A stretch of DNA of 64,000 nt from Macrostomum lignano (GCA_002269645.1 NIVC01000591.1:558001-622000), one strand, 5' to 3'. Counted from the first letter of the stretch, positions 41,987 to 55,486 are shown. Translations and numbers: made by a program. The notes: generated by a model from the letters alone, not told the origin.

Positions 41987-44900
41987 TCAAGCAGTGCCAT
42001 TTCCTGTGCCATTGTCCTGAGCAGCAGCCGCCGCAGCTCTTCGCTTGACATAGTCGGTGTCCGGCGGCGGTCCCGGCCAGGCCTGACGCCGCCGCAGCCG
42101 CTCCAGCCGACCGTTGAGCCTTTCGTAGCATTTCAACCGGTTGATGTCTTCGTGCTCGGCGATGGTCTCGGCGGTGAAAGTCGAGCCTCGCGACCGCTGC
42201 ACCGCCCGGTCCATCATGTCGTAGACAATGTCCATGCAGAAGGCATAGGGATGGTCTGGATCAGCCAGGTACAGCGCGTCGGAGCTGGACCGATTCGCTC
42301 GATCTTTCGGCCAGGTGTTCCAGTCGAATCCGCGCAGACTCTCGGCCAGAGAGCGCCGGTCTCGCTCCGAGTTGCCGTCCTGCAGGTACAGCAGACGGGC
42401 CGTCAGCTCGCCGGGCCGGAACACCAGCATTCCGGTGTCGTGCTGGTTGGCGATGCAGTGAATCTGGTTGGAGTGGTGCGCGCTCACAATGCTGCGATTG
42501 ATGACGCAACCGCGGAAGCTCTCAGACTCCACCTGTTGCTGAGAGAGCGTCACGGCGACTCGCTGGCCGGAGGTGAGCGAGTAGAAAGTCACCTTGCCCA
42601 TGACGTTGACCAGTAGGTAGGCGGATAAAGTGTAGTTGAAGCAGCCAGTGATGTCGAAGTTGACGTAGCGAGTCTGCTGAATTTCTGCATACTCTTTCTC
42701 CGTGAGCGGAATTATGATGCGCGGGTCGACCGGCTTCATGCTGCCGAGGTCCACGATGCACACCTGCGGTGTGAGGGGAGCTCTGGGTGAGTCACGGCTC
42801 AGGCATCATGTCTAAGGAGACTCAGGCACCATGTCTAAGAAGACTCAGGCACCATGTCCAAGGAGACTCAGGCACCATGTCTAAGAAGACTCAGACATCA
42901 TGTCCAAGGAGACTCAGGTATCATGTCTAAGGAGACTCAGGTATCATGTCTAAGGAGACTCGGGCATCATGTCTAAGGAGACTCAGGCATCATGTCTAAG
43001 GAGACTCAGACATCATGTCTAAGGAGACTCAGGCATCATGTCTAATTAGACTCAGGCATCATGTCTAAGAAGACTCAGACAGAATATCTAAGGAGACTCA
43101 GACATCATGTCTAAGGAGACTCAGACATCATGTCTAAGGAGACTCAAGCATCATGTCTCAGGAGACTCAGGCATCATGTCTAAGAAGACTCAGGCATCAT
43201 GTCTAAGAAGACTCAGACAGCATATCTAAGGAGACTCAGACATCATGTCTAAGGAGACTCAGACATCATGTCTAAGGAGACTCAAGCAGCAAGAAAAGCC
43301 CCAACCTCAATATGATGCTCCTCATCCTCCGGGTCAGTTGGAAAGAGGATCAGGCAGACCAGTCGAGTTCCTGTCCTGTCTAGCCTGGCGCCCAAGAACA
43401 TCTCCGCTTCGAAGATATACGGCTTGTACACCCTGGTGATGTACCGCATCATGCGATCGTCCACTTTCAAACGCGTCACTTCGTGAAACGCCCCTCCGGA
43501 TTGCTTCACAGCTTCCAGAGGCGACTTATAGATTGTGGTCACCTGGCTGAACTCCGTTTGGGTGCGCCACGGGTAGCGCAGCTGGTTGCGTCTGGCCTCG
43601 GCCTCAGCTCGGCGCCTGGCCTCAGCCAACTCAGTTCGCTCCGTTTCCTGCGGTTCATTTGGGGTGGCGGGTGATTTGGGTTGGCGGGTGATTTGGGGTG
43701 GCGGGTGATTTGGGGTGGCGGGTGATTTGGGGTGGCGGTTTATTTGGGGTGGCGGGTGATTTGAGGTGGTGGGTGATTTGGGGTGGCGGGTGATTTCGGG
43801 TGGAAGGTGATTTGGGGTGGCGGGTGATTTGGGGTGGCGCGTGATTTGGGGTGGTGGGTGATTTCGGGTGGTGGGTGATTTCGGGTGGCGGGTGATTTCG
43901 GGTGGTGGGTGATTTGGGGTGGCGGGTGATTTCGGGTGGCGGGTGATTTGGGGTGGCGGGTGATTTGGGGTGGAGGTTTATTTGGGGTGGTGGTTTATTT
44001 GGGGTGGTGGGTGATTTGGGGTGGCGGGTGATTTCGGGTGGAAGGTGATTTGGGGTGGCGGGTGATTTGGGGTGGAAGGTGATTTGGGGTGGTGGGTGAT
44101 TTGGGGTGGCAGGTGATTTGGGTTGGCGGGTGATTTGGGCTGTAAGTTAATTTGAAGCACTGTCTATGTGTTGCAGCCGTTGTTTCAAGCGTCCACCGGA
44201 GTCTCACCGGATTGTACGCCTCGGCATCGAAGCGCACCATGGCGGGGGTTGCGGGGTCGGGCCGGTATTTCTCCTTGTCCATCCTGATTCTGTGCACCCG
44301 CAGCGGCCTCATGCCACGCCTGGCATCGGCCAGGAACTCGGCTCGGTACCGCCACACCACCAGGTACCCGCCGCTGTCCACTGTGAAGAAATCGCCAGTG
44401 TTCTCAATGGCTCCCATGAGCAGCAAATCCCTGCTGTGCTCAACAAACAGTTCGCAGTCAATTCGCAGGTCAGTGATCTTGTGACCAAGTCGGCGTGGAT
44501 CTCGCAGCCGTGGCCACTTCAGCACCTGCGACTGAGACTCCTGAACATCGTCGAGCAGCTGCTCGGTGTCCAACTTGATCACGTGATGGCTGGACATTGC
44601 CAGGCAGAAATGCGGCTGCGAGCCCATCACGGTGAAGGCTGGGAAGAAGGCGCAGCCCACGGCCTGCCAGCTGGTGTCCGGCCGGGTGGCGGCCGCCGAC
44701 TCGGCAGCGAAGGGGCCCTCGGTGAAGCGCAGCTCGTGGGCGGGAATGTCGCCCAGGATGTTCAGCGGGCTGACAGCCGCGGCGCTGTTTTTACCGGCGG
44801 CGGGCTGCCGCTGCTGCTCCGGCGACAGCGGCGCGTAGTGGACGGACCAGGCGCGGACATCGCCGCTGGCGTGGACGCTGACGAGATTCCCGGAGTCGGC

Positions 44901-47900
44901 TGACCAAGCCAGGCTGTCCACCGTCTGCGGCTGGCGGCCGGATGGCTGCTGCCGCGACTTCTGCTGCTCCTGCTGCTGTTCGTTGGAGACTGGCGAGTAT
45001 CTGCGGAGATGAGGAGACTTCACTGTTGAGAGAGCGGACGCTGGACTGCATTGAGTTAGGTCACGAATGCTCCCCAGATCCTAAATTAGTCACTAAAAAC
45101 AAAATCTTCTCTCAGCACTTAAAACCCTCTCTGAGATCCCAAAACCCTCTTTAGAATCCCAAAACCCTCTTTAGGATCCCAAAACCCTCTTTAGGATCCC
45201 AAAACCCTCTTTAGGATCATAAAACCCTCTTTAGGATCCCAAAACCCTCCTTAGGATCCCAAAACCCACCTTAGAATCCCAAAACCCTCTTTAGGATCCC
45301 AAAACTCTCTTTAGGATCCACAAAGACCTCTTGAGGATCCAAGAACCCTCTCTGGGATCTCAAAGCCCTCTCTTGGATCCCAAAACCATAAAATCCCGAT
45401 CCATCAGATCTCAATATCCCGACTCTCCAATCCAACAACTCACCGAAAGACCACGAAATTTCCTCCCTTGAATTTTCTATCAAAATCGTAAACCAGTAGG
45501 TCGCCTCTCATGGTGCCCACGGCAACCAGTCTGTTGTCATTGGATACGGACGCGCAAGAGAAGCCTCCGGTGAATCCCAGCAAAGAAATTCCCGTGTAGT
45601 TGCAGACGATCTGCTTCCAGTAGCGCAGTTCCTGACTGGCGAACTTCTTCAGCTTGATCATGTTCTTCTTCCCGACGTAGTCGGGTTCAATGCGCTCGTT
45701 GAGCTGCAGCCGGGTGTCCCAGGGCAGCAGCTGGGTGTAGTCAATGATCTCGGAGGTGTCCTCCACCTCGGGCACCACCTGCTTCGTGGCTGCGGGTGCC
45801 GCCGGCAGAGCTGAGCTCTTCTTCATGCCGTGTCGCCATAGCAACGGTTTTTCTATCGATCGCTGGCGTTTTAACTTGTAGAATGTTCGAACTGCGACCT
45901 CGTATTCGGGCTCTGATGGCTTCCGGCCTGTGGTGGAGATTAGCATAGATTCAATGGATTCAATGGAATGGTTTAGGTGGCGCCGGAATAGTCTTAGTGG
46001 CGCTAGGGTGGTTTTAGTGGCGCCAGGGTGGTTTTAGTGACGCCAATATGGTTTTGGTGGCGCCAGGGTGGTTTTAGTGACGCCAGGGTGGTTTTAGTGA
46101 CGCCAGGGTGGTTTTAGTGGCGCCAGGGTGGTTTTAGTGGCGCCAGGGTGGTTTTAGTAGCGCTAGGATGGTTTTAGTGGCGCTAATATAGTTTTAATGG
46201 CGCTAATATAGTCTTAATGGCGTCAGGGTGATTTTTGTGACGCCAATATGGTTTTGGTGGCGCCAAGGTGGTTTTAGTGACGCCAATATGGTTTTGGTGG
46301 CGCCAGGGTGGTTTTAGTGACGCCAGGGTGGTTTTAGTGACGCCAGGGTGGTTTTAGTGACGCCAATATGGTTTTGGTGGCGCCAATGTGAATTTAGTGG
46401 CGCCAATATGGTTTTAGTGGCGCTATGATAGTTTAGTGGCGCCAGGATATTTTCAGTGGCGCCAATGTGAATCTAGTGGCGCCAATATGGTTTTAGTGGT
46501 GCCAAGATGGTTCTATTGGCGCCAAGATGGTTCTATTGGCGCCAAGATGGTTCTAGTTGCGCCAAGATGGTTTTAGTGGCGCCAAGATGGTTCTATTGGC
46601 GCCAAGATGGTTCTATTGGCGCCAAGATGGTTCCAGTGGCGCCAAGATGGTTCTAGTGGCGCCAAGATGGTTCTAGTGGCGCCAAGATGGTTCTAGTGGC
46701 GCCAAAATAGGTGTACGGGGTGTACAGTGACCCTGCTTAGACTTTCTAATCGTCAAGGCATGTACACTCTCTGTGCCTTGTTGGTGGCCGGCCCTCATGG
46801 GGGCTGCGCGAGCGGAAGCCTCACCAGTCAGCTGTCCCACAATGGCGGCCTCGGCCTGCCGCATGCAGCTCTGGTCGGCCAGGTTCGCTGCCAGCCCCTT
46901 CAGGTAGAGAAACTCCCTGCCAGCCAGCTGGCCCAGCTCGCCAGTGACCTCCAGGAGAAGCTCCTCGCAGACCAGCTGGACCGCACCGGACCACACAGCT
47001 GCTTGGGTGTCGCGATTCAACGCCTCAATCGATTCGTGCCTCTCGCCGAGCACCAAGTCCAGCACGCGTTCAACTTCGTCCAGTACGATCTGTCGGCAGG
47101 CGTAATAAGCTGGCAGCTGCCACGGCTCATAGGTGTCGATGCCCAGCTCGCCGGCGTAAGGCCGTCGCATGAATTCCCGACGTCGGGCGAGCTCTTGTCG
47201 GCGGCGTCGGACTCGGGCCTCCTCGGCTGCGAGCTGCTGGCGAGTCAGTTGGACTGTTTCCACCACTGGCTCCGGGTGTCTGGCGGGCCGTTGTGGGGTG
47301 GCTGGTGCGGCTGTTGTTGATAAGTCTACAGTAAGACTACAGTTTTTACCCACTCTAATGGCAATGACAATTGTTCTATAGTTAAATTATTTCTAACTTT
47401 CTACAGGCAATTACCGTCATTCTATAGACAATAGCCATCTTTCATAAAGTAATGACCATCATTCTACATGTAACAACCATGATTCTACATCTAACAACCA
47501 TCATTCTACAGGTAACAACCATCATTCTACAGGTAACAACCATCATTCTACATGTAACAACCATCATTCTACATGTAACAACCATCATTCTACATGTAAC
47601 AACCATTATTCTACATGTAACAACCATTATTCTACATGTAACAACCATCATTCTACATGTAACAACCATCATTCTACATGTAACAACCATTATTCTACAT
47701 GTAACAACCATCATTCTACATGTAACAACCATCATTCTACATGTAGCAACCATCATTCTACATGTAACAACCATCATTCTAAATGTAACAACCGTCATTC
47801 TACATGCAACAACCATCATTCTACATGCAACAACCATCATTCTACATGTAACAACCATCATTCTACATGTAACAACCATCATTCTACATGTAACAATCAT

Positions 47901-49698
47901 CATTCTACAGGTATCAACCATCATTCTACAGGTAACAACCATCATTCTACATGTAACAATCATCATTCTACAGGTATCAACCATCATTCTACAGGTAACA
48001 ACCATCATTCTACATGTAACAATCATCATTCTACAGGTATCAACCATCATTCTACAGGTAACAACCATCATTCTACATGTAACAATCATCATTCTACAGG
48101 TATCAACCATCATTCTACAGGTAACAACCATCATTCTACATGTAACAATCATCATTCTACAGGTATCAACCATCATTCTACATGTAACAATCATCATTCT
48201 ACAGGTATCAACCATCATTCTACAGGTAATTACCATCATTCTATAAGTAATGACCATAATTTTACAAGTAATGATAATCTTTCTACAGATAATGACCATC
48301 ATTCTACATGTAATGACCATTATTTTACAAGTAATGAGAAGAATCATACAAGAACTGATCGTCATTCTACCAGTAATGCTCATAATCAAATAGCCGGGTA
48401 TTAACACCAAAAAGTAAAGCCACCGCCTCACTTTCTCCGATAAACCTCAGGGTCACCGGGCACCCTGGACCCGATCTTCTCCCAGCGATACTGAAACGTC
48501 TTTGGCAAAGTGTCGTCAACGAATGGCGGCGACAGCGGGCGACGGTCGAATTGGCGACGCTGTTCGCGGAGGGCCTCGCGCTCCTGCAGCATCACTTCGC
48601 GGTTGTTGTTTAACCTGTCTGTAACAGGTTGTAACAGGATTGAGAATGTTAGTCTCACTGTGTACTTTTTGTGCCCTATTTAGCCAATGCAAATGTTCTA
48701 GATTGGTTAGATATGACATAGTGTCACATGTTAGATAGGATGGTGTCACCTGTTAGATAGGATGGTGTCACCTGTTAGATAGGATGGTGTCACCTGTTAG
48801 ATAGGATGGTGTCACCTGTTAGGCAGGATGGTGTCACCTGTTACATTGTTACAATGCCCTGCTTCTAAATTCCAATACGTAACACTGTGACACAAGCCTC
48901 GCCAATATCTCTAACAGTGTGACACAAACCTCATAAATATCCCTAACAGTGTGACACAAGCCACACCAATGTCTGACAGTGTGACACAAACCTCGCCAAT
49001 ATCCCTAACAGTGTGACACAAGCCTCGCCAATATCCCTCAGTGTGACACAAGCCCCGCCAATATCCCTAACAGTGTGACACAAGCCTCGCCAATATCCCT
49101 AACAGTGTGACACAAGCCTCACCAATATCCCTGACAGTGTGACACAAGCCTCACCAATATCCCTGACAGTGTGACACAAGCCTCACCAATATCCCTGACA
49201 GTGTGACACAAGCCTCACCAATATCCCTGACAGTGTGACACAAGCCTCACCAATATCCCTGACAGTGTGACACAAGCCTCACCAATATCCCTGACAGTGT
49301 GACACAAGCCTCACCAATATCCCTGACAGTGTGACACAAGCCTCACCAATGCGCCCTCTGAAGGCGTCTTTCAGCTGGTTGTTCTGCTCTCGCCTGTCCA
49401 GCAGCTGGGTGCGGTAGCTGGTCGCACCGGCCTCGCCGCCGCCACCCAGCGGTCCCCGGTAGGCCATCTCGCTCACGGACTGCCGATAGTAACGACTGGT
49501 CGGCACCGGGACGGTCAGCGCCGCGGTGGCGGCTCCCTGAAGTCGGGTGTCGTGCAGCAGCCGGTTCTGCCGCTCCCAGTTGCCGCGGAGTTGCAGCAGC
49601 GCCGCCTCGCCTTCGTCCGGCACCCGGCCGTCGGCGTCGCCGTCATCATCGCCGGTGGCTCGACGCACGAATCTGTAGCTGCGCTTGGTTCCGGCCAT
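41987..49698 (-). CDS. Uncharacterised ~1170-aa protein with N-terminal charged/helical region and WD40-like beta-propeller repeats
   Basis: Exons (minus) 49698-49347, 48618-48432, 47336-46768, 45927-45444, 45000-44208, 43647-43306, 42763-41987 total 3504 nt in frame. WD-like FSCASVSNDNRLVAVGTMRGDLLVYD and VDSLAWSADSGNLVSVHASGDVRAW. The start codon and the exon 2/3/4 junctions have in-frame alternatives. Confidence 0.75.
42795..43285. repeat. 23-bp minisatellite (CTCAGGCATCATGTCTAAGGAGA)n
   Basis: About 21 units, intronic. Confidence 0.95.
43655..44140. repeat. 17-bp G-rich minisatellite (GGGTGATTTGGGGTGGC)n
   Basis: About 28 units, intronic. Confidence 0.96.
45120..45385. repeat. 20-bp minisatellite (CCCAAAACCCTCTTTAGGAT)n
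   Basis: About 13 units, intronic. Confidence 0.92.
45975..46705. repeat. 20-bp GGCGCC-cored minisatellite (GGCGCCAGGGTGGTTTTAGT / GGCGCCAAGATGGTTCTAGT)n
   Basis: About 36 units with a gradient of variants across the intron. Confidence 0.95.
47450..48320. repeat. 21-bp minisatellite (ACCATCATTCTACATGTAACA)n
   Basis: About 40 units; source of the spurious TTIILHV / CRMMVVT ORFs. Confidence 0.96.
48730..49350. repeat. Two adjacent arrays: 22-bp (GTTAGATAGGATGGTGTCACCT)x5 at 48730-48845 and 32-bp (CAGTGTGACACAAGCCTCACCAATATCCCTGA)x~14 at 48885-49350
   Basis: Directly visible; the 32-bp unit overlaps the splice donor at 49346. Confidence 0.94.
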
Positions 49699-50831
49699 GG
49701 ATCCCGGCAGCGATGCAGGGGATTTGGGAGTTTCTGTAGACTTATAGAATCCTTGGAATCTTTTCTGGAATTTTTCGTCTCTTCTGTATGGACTCAAAGT
49801 TGAGCTTCGCGTGAAATGGGAGGGGTGGCTTCTACCTGCCTGTCTGCCTGCTTGCCTGTCTGCCTCTTTCTGGATCGCACAAAATTTATTTTTGCACAAT
49901 CGCGTGGGCTGGAGAGAGAGAGAGAGAGAGAGAGAGGGCTGAGAAGGGAGAGACAGAGTACATCAACTCAAAAAGAGTATACGCTGCAGAGCACAGAATT
50001 GAGTCTTTAACTGCGAGGTCGTCGCTCTTCTAAGCTGAGCCAATTTCAAATCCAAGCAGAGTCATAATTTTCTCTCCTTTTGTTGCCACAGAAATCTTGG
50101 ATAGAGAAAGTAAACGAGAATATGGCGGCCCAAATTCCATATATTTACAGCACACTTTGCTGACTACTGCATCCAGCAGTAGCATCAACCGTTATAACAG
50201 TGAAAATACAGACCATTTTTGAAAACCGCGTTCTTTCCAGCGAAAAGATTTGACTTTCCATGAAAGAACAAGAAAATTGCGAAATAGTTCCCATTTGATC
50301 AATTGTCGGAGTGCATTGAAATTATATTCATTTGTATACTTCAGTATATTTATTATCATCAATAGGAAAAATAAAATAAAAATACTGCACAATATCCCCT
50401 GGATAGCTAGTTAAATAAATTTCTAGTAGCTACTCATTATAACTTCCGAATGAAGAGAAACAATGTTATAAATAGACTAACTTTGTTATGATCAGACAAT
50501 TAAAAATATATTGTTAATAAGTGTGTTTTTACAGCAGATAGTAGGGTACGTTTGAGTAAGCTTATATTCTGGCTTTTAATTTTTTTTTCAGTATATAACC
50601 CATTTCAGTAAAACAAATTGAAATAATTCAATCGTATTAAATATCGTATAAAATTTTATGTAATGTTTGTGATTAATCCTTTATTGTTAATCGGGACTAA
50701 TTAAAAATATAAATTAATAATATATTATTTTGTCGCCTTCAGTCTAATACATGTACTTCAGATTGGCCCGAACCCATGCACACACACTACTATAGCTACA
50801 TTGGTCAGTAGCATGCATGTACATGCAAGCT

Positions 50832-51437
50832 TCAATCAATCTCTGCTGTTTCTGGCAACTTTGCAACTGCTAATTGAGGCGCATGAGCGCTGCTTTGATG
50901 CACTTGCACTTTTGTGACCTGCATCTCAGAGCTACTACGAACGGCTGATTTTGATGTAGATGATGATGCTGGAACGCCAACAGTTTTCACTGCAGGCTGA
51001 GGCGGCGGGAACCGCCTGGAGTAGCGCACAGACGGATTTCGAGACAGAGGCGGCTGCGACAGTCGCTGCTGATCGATTTGCCTGGCCAGCAGTTCGTCCA
51101 TCGCGGCCGCTGCTGATGTCGACGAACAGTCGGAACTCGGCGAGTGCATCTCGTCCGCGGCATTTCGGCTGTCGGCTTGGATGTTGAACTGACGACGGCT
51201 GGACGGCGAAAACCGAAAGCTGGATGTCCGGGACAGAGCTAACAGGGTTGGCTTCTCTGCTGGAGTGCTTTGCAGAAGCAGCATTTCGGCCTGCTGTTGC
51301 AGACTCTGCTTAAGTTGTTGTTGCTTCATCAGTTGCTGCTTTTGTTCTTCATCGTCCGACAGGAAGCTGGCATTGTCGTAGTAGCAGCCATGCACGGTCA
51401 TGCTCCGACGCTCCGGTCTGTCAGACTTCTTTTGCAA
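50832..51437 (-). CDS. Low-complexity Ser/Gln-rich ORF (~190-200 aa), function unknown; single-exon gene or terminal exon
   Basis: GC-rich open frame between AT-rich flanks, ATG near 51401 (MTVHGCYYDNASFLSDDEEQ), stop at 50832; no recognisable domain. Confidence 0.55.
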   Translation of the reverse strand: MQKKSDRPERRSMTVHGCYYDNASFLSDDEEQKQQLMKQQQLKQSLQQQAEMLLLQSTPAEKPTLLALSRTSSFRFSPSSRRQFNIQADSRNAADEMHSPSSDCSSTSAAAAMDELLARQIDQQRLSQPPLSRNPSVRYSRRFPPPQPAVKTVGVPASSSTSKSAVRSSSEMQVTKVQVHQSSAHAPQLAVAKLPETAEID

Positions 51438-51803
51438 CTTGTTGCCTGCTTTTTGGGGCGAAGGTATTTGGGGGGAACGAGAAAATTTTGCTCCGACCTT
51501 GTAGCAGCTGTATCAACAGAATTTGCAGCCAATGGCAATTGCCTAGAAAAGCATGAGTCACCCCTGAAGCGCAGCCTTGGTTGGAAACAGATTTCTGGGA
51601 TCCACGCACGTGCACGTTCGTTTTCTAGGAAAAAACTGCCTTTTTAGGAAAATCCCTCAGAACGCACGGGTTTTATGTGAGAACAGCTGCGGATTATGAA
51701 ATAGCAAATTTTTCTGCTCCTATATGGACTGACTCAGTTTGCTTCTGCCGGTTCTCTGGCTGCTTGGCAATGCATGTAACTAAGATCTCGCCCCCTCGCT
51801 CTT

Positions 51804-51817
51804 GTAACCATGGCAAC
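51804..51817. promoter_or_regulatory. RFX X-box GTAACCATGGCAAC
   Basis: Matches the canonical 14-bp palindromic X-box GTNRCC-AT-GGYAAC; about 400 nt upstream of the minus-strand ORF at 51437. Confidence 0.65.
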
Positions 51818-52784
51818 TACGCGGCTGTCAGCAAAGGGATTTAGGGGGTCGACAATGAGCAGGAACGTGAGCAGGAATTTGCCCAATACATGCAGACAAA
51901 GTCAATAACGGCGATCCCTACAAAATTTACGATTATTGCAGTAAAAAATAAACGGCTTGATTGGAGTGGAGTTACAAGTATATGATCGTGAAGTAGAAGG
52001 CAGTCAACAACTGCTTGTTTTTTTCAATTTTAGGTGCAGCAACTATTTTCGATCCTGTCCCGTGAATTTCATAAAATTTTGGACCTGACAAATGTACTTG
52101 GCAGTATATGTTGCTAGAGTTATCAGTAACGAGAAAAATTAATCAGGGGTGGTCATTATTGTAAAGGATCTGAGTTAACTGCCCCACAATTTACTGGCAG
52201 ATAATACAGTTTCGACCATAGACAGTTCGTTCTATCAACTAATTTTCGTGCTTTCTCTACCGCTCAACTATAGCTGGCATTGAAACGGGTCGATCTATAC
52301 GCCAGACCATTAGTTCAATAGTCCTGCTACAAATATTTCTAAAAAAGAACTCACGCATTAAAGACGCCCAATGCTAAGCGAGTAGTCGACTAGCTTGTAT
52401 TCTTGGACGTGACATTTTCAAACACATTCAAAATTTCGCATGAAAGCGTAATTCTTAGCTGCTAAGAGAATCAGCTATAGACCCTTTACGCAGCAGACTA
52501 ATAGGGACAGAGGTGGGCCCAGCAACTCAAGATTACTACTGAGCTATCTAGAGACAGATCTTCGGTACTCTGCACTCCGAACGCGAGTACTCGTAAAGCT
52601 CTTTGCGTTGTTGAGCAAGCAAAGCTTGTACACAATTATATTGTGCACAGGTTGCGCGAGTGCGCTGTATGTTGGCTATTGTACAATCGTTTCAAGCTGT
52701 ACGAGTTAACAGAAACCAGATTGAGAAATGTGAAGTAAATTCAATGTCGACTAGCTAACTACTAGTTAGAACAATCTTGGAGTC

Positions 52785-53925
52785 TAGCCCAGCAACTGAC
52801 ACTCTGGGAGGCAAGCCCAGTAGCTGAGGATCTGGGAGGCTGGCCCAGCAACTGACACTCTGGGAGGCAAGCCCAGCAGCTGAGGATCTGGGAGGCTGGC
52901 CCAGCAACTGACACTCTGGGAGGCAAGCCCAGCAGCTGAGGATCTGGGAGGCTGGCCCAGCAACTGACACTCTGGGAGGCAAGCCCAGCAGCTGAGGATC
53001 TGGGAGGCTGGCCCAGAAACTGACACTCTGGGAGGCAAGCCCAGCAGCTGAGGATCTGGGAGGCTGGCCCAGAAACTGACACTCTGGGAGGCTACTGGCT
53101 AGCCCAGCAGCTGAGGATCTGGGAGGCAAGCCCAGCAGCTGAGGATCTGGGAGGCTGGCCCAGCAACTGAGGATCTGGGAGGCTGGCCCAGCAACTGAGG
53201 ATCTGGAAGGCTGGCCCAGCAACTGAAGATCTGGGAGGCTGGCCCAGCAACTGAGGATCTGGAAGGCTGGCCCAGCAACTGGGGATATGGGAGGCTGGCC
53301 CAGCAACTGAGGATCTGGGAGGCTGGCCCAGCAACTGAAGGTCTGGAAGGCTGGTCCAGCAACTGAGAATCTGGGAGGCTGGCCCAGCAACTGAGGATCT
53401 GGGAGGCTGGCCCAGCAACTGGGGATCTGGGAGGCTGGCCCAGCAACTGAGGATCTGGAAGGCTGGCCCAGCAACTGAGGATCTGGGAGGCTGGCCCAGC
53501 AACTGAAGGTCTGGAAGGCTGGTCCAGCAACTGAGAATCTGGGAGGCTGGCCCAGCAACTGAGGATCTGGGAGGCTGGCCCAGCAACTGGGGATCTGGGA
53601 GGCTGGCCCAGCAACTGAAGGTCTGGAAGGCTGGTCCAGCAACTGAGAATCTGGGAGGCTGGCCCAGCAACTGAGGATCTGGGAGGCTGGCCCAGCAACT
53701 GGGGATCTGGGAGGCTGGCCCAGCAACTGAGGATCTGGGAGGCTGGCCCAGCAACTGAGGATCTGGGAGGCTGGCCCAGCAACTGAAGGTCTGGAAGGCT
53801 GGTCCAGCAATTGAGAATCTGGGAGGCTGGCCCAGCAACTGAGGATCTGGGAGGCTGGCCCAGCAACTGGGGATCTGGGAGGCTGGCCCAGCAACTGAGG
53901 ATCTGGAAGGCTGGCCCAGCATCTG
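52785..53925. repeat. 28-bp minisatellite (GCCCAGCAACTGAGGATCTGGGAGGCTG)n with higher-order variants
   Basis: About 40 units; reverse complement of 13157-13392. Confidence 0.96.
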
Positions 53926-54639
53926 ATTCTGAGCATTTGAGAATCGTAACTCAGTATGAAGAAGAAAATGTGAAGTCTCTCTTTTTTAGTATTAATACAT
54001 AGGTTAAGGAAAAACAGCCTCAAAGTATGAAGCCAAACGTATTGAGGGCACCCGCGCTTGTATTTTTTTCTCGAAAAATGAAATTAGGCGCAAAAATGGC
54101 AAACGAGAATAGCAGGCGGCTATAACTATAGACATATTTCTTGTTTAGAAAAACTACTTGCAGTAGGCTAATCGAATATTCAACATATTCTAATATTTAG
54201 GGTAGATACAAGTCGGTTAGACATCGAAATTTGTCAGATCAAATGGTTTGAAAAGTTTTCAAAAATACGGAACTCCAGAGATCCTCCAATTAGGTAAAAT
54301 TTCTTTGCAAAAGAAAAACTACGAGCATCTACCCTAGCAACTGTAACAAAAACGAACGAAATAGGAGCCGAACTGGGAATCTCGAAAATAGGCGTCGCAT
54401 TCTTTATAAAATGGCAGAAAATTGTTCTAAATCACAGAGATATTTTGGTACAAAATGGGACGAATTAAGGCTTTGCAGATTAAGAGTAGAGGTTAGATAA
54501 ATAAATGATTTTTGTTAATTTGACACTCTCAGCAATAGAAGGAATACAGTGAAAAACGAAATAAGTATGTCCTGTTTGTGTAAATATAAAATCGCTAACA
54601 GGTAAAGTGGCATTGTAACTTACTTTTCACTTAGTCAGT

Positions 54640-55480
54640 CAGTCAATCAATGAGCATATCAATCAATCCAATAACACGCTGATCAATCAATCAATCAATT
54701 AATTAATCAATCAGCTGATCAATCAATCAATCATTTGATCAATCAACCAATTAGCTGATCAATCAATCAATCATTAAATCAATCCAACAATAAGCTGATC
54801 AATCAATCAATCAATCAATCAGCTGATCAATCAATCAATCACTCAATCAATCAGCTGATCAATCAATCAATCAATCAATCAGCTGATCAATCAATCAATC
54901 ACTCAATCAATCAGCTGATCAATCACTCAATCAATCAGCTGATCAATCAATCAATCAATCAATCAGCTGATCAATCAATCAATCAATCAATCAGCTGATC
55001 AATCAATCAATCAATCAATCAGCTGATCAATCAATCAATCACTCAATCAATCAGCTGATCAATCACTCAATCAATCAGCTGATCAATCAATCAATCAATC
55101 AATCAATCACTCAATCAATCAGCTGATCAATCAATCAATCAGCTGATCAATCAATCAATCAATCAATCAACCAATAAGCAGATCAATCAATCAATCAATC
55201 AATCAGCTGATCAATCAATCAATCAGCTGATCAATCAATCAATAAGCTGATCAATCACTCAATCAGCTGATCAATCACTCAATCAATCAGCTGATCAATC
55301 AATCAATCAATCAGCTGATCAATCAATCAATAAGCTGATCAATCAAAAAATAAGCTGATCAATCACTCAATCAGCTGATCAATCAATCACTCAATAAATC
55401 AGCTGATCAATCAGGCAGCAAACTAAGCAGTCAACAAATCCATCAACCAGCAAATCAATCATTAGATTATCCAACTAATC
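54640..55480. repeat. (CAAT)n microsatellite punctuated by CAGCTGAT
   Basis: Directly visible, immediately 3' of the EMRE stop codon. Confidence 0.95.
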
Positions 55481-55486
55481 AATCAA

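Noticed and set aside
41874-47381. Overlapping + strand and alternative-frame ORFs over the WD40-like exons (also over the channel and EMRE exons)
   Set aside because: Shadow ORFs produced by high GC3 in the real coding frame.
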